From NCBI RefSeq assembly GCF_002335805.1, contig NZ_NISU01000002.1:488843-520842 (forward strand): 32,000 nt of DNA, in the 5' to 3' direction. The notes beneath the pieces are model-generated. The model ran no database searches. It was not told where the DNA came from and worked only from the letters and a program-made list of their open reading frames with translations. The first letter of the stretch is position 1. Every line of letters begins with the position of its first letter. The translations under genes and the position numbers were made by a program. Shown here one piece after another: positions 31,872 through 32,000 of this stretch. The stretch comes from Bacillus sp. FJAT-45350. Its GTDB lineage: Bacteria; Bacillota; Bacilli; Bacillales; NISU01.

Positions 31872-32000
31872 ATGACAGAATTATTATCTCGTGAAGAGTT
31901 CAGAAGACAGTTAGAGGAAGCAATTAAAGGAAATCACAGTGAGGCAGCACCTTTTACAGTAGCATGGGCGACTGGGAAATTAACAAGAGCGCATTTTGCA
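31872..32000 (+). CDS. N-terminal fragment of a PqqC/TenA-like (haem-oxygenase-fold) protein; continues beyond window
   Basis: AAAGGGGGAAA RBS. MTELLSREEFRRQLEEAIKGNHSEAAPFTVAWATGKLTRAHFA resembles PqqC-type N-termini (LS.EEF...L......H..HPF......G.LTR). Only 43 codons are visible. Confidence 0.4.
   Translation, partial: MTELLSREEFRRQLEEAIKGNHSEAAPFTVAWATGKLTRAHFA

Overview
AT-rich Bacillaceae-type chromosomal window. I ran no searches. All calls come from reading the ORF track and the DNA, and family assignments rest on motifs I recognise. The conserved backbone is the Bacillus subtilis-type order valS - folC - comC(pilD) - spoIIB, interrupted by accessory blocks. (1) Between valS and folC there is a twice-frameshifted Uma2-family nuclease pseudogene and a tightly packed minus-strand four-gene cassette. 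The cassette encodes a 616-aa membrane-anchored protein, an FGase-family amidohydrolase and two RimK-type ATP-grasp ligases. I cannot match it to a characterised pathway, and it is my top candidate for an undescribed system (peptide or poly-amino-acid ligation and trimming). (2) Between folC and pilD there is a membrane GAF-GGDEF cyclase, a CapA-family protein and a complete Gram-positive type IV pilus locus. The locus has six pilin-like genes on the minus strand, including a 594-aa modular pilin, then an acidic membrane protein, a VanW-like protein, pilB, pilT, pilC and pilA. pilD-pilM-pilN-pilO follow. Two paralogous c-di-GMP-II-type riboswitch aptamers, each with an intrinsic terminator, sit upstream of pilA and upstream of pilD. 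PilB carries a tandem MshEN-type c-di-GMP-binding motif. Together with the GGDEF gene this suggests multi-level c-di-GMP control of piliation. (3) Downstream lie a copper-amine-oxidase-N-domain secreted protein, a 54-aa UPF0391 membrane protein missing from the ORF track, a single-chain MNT-HEPN (HI0073/HI0074-like) fusion, a spoIIB-like SPOR protein, a small CxxC thioredoxin-fold protein and the start of a PqqC/TenA-like gene. Non-coding oddities include an array of four dyad-symmetric motifs with a compensatory change plus an 89-bp tandem duplication after pilA, a GC-richer inverted-repeat element after the CapA gene, and a shared heptad/palindrome operator-like site before the last two genes.
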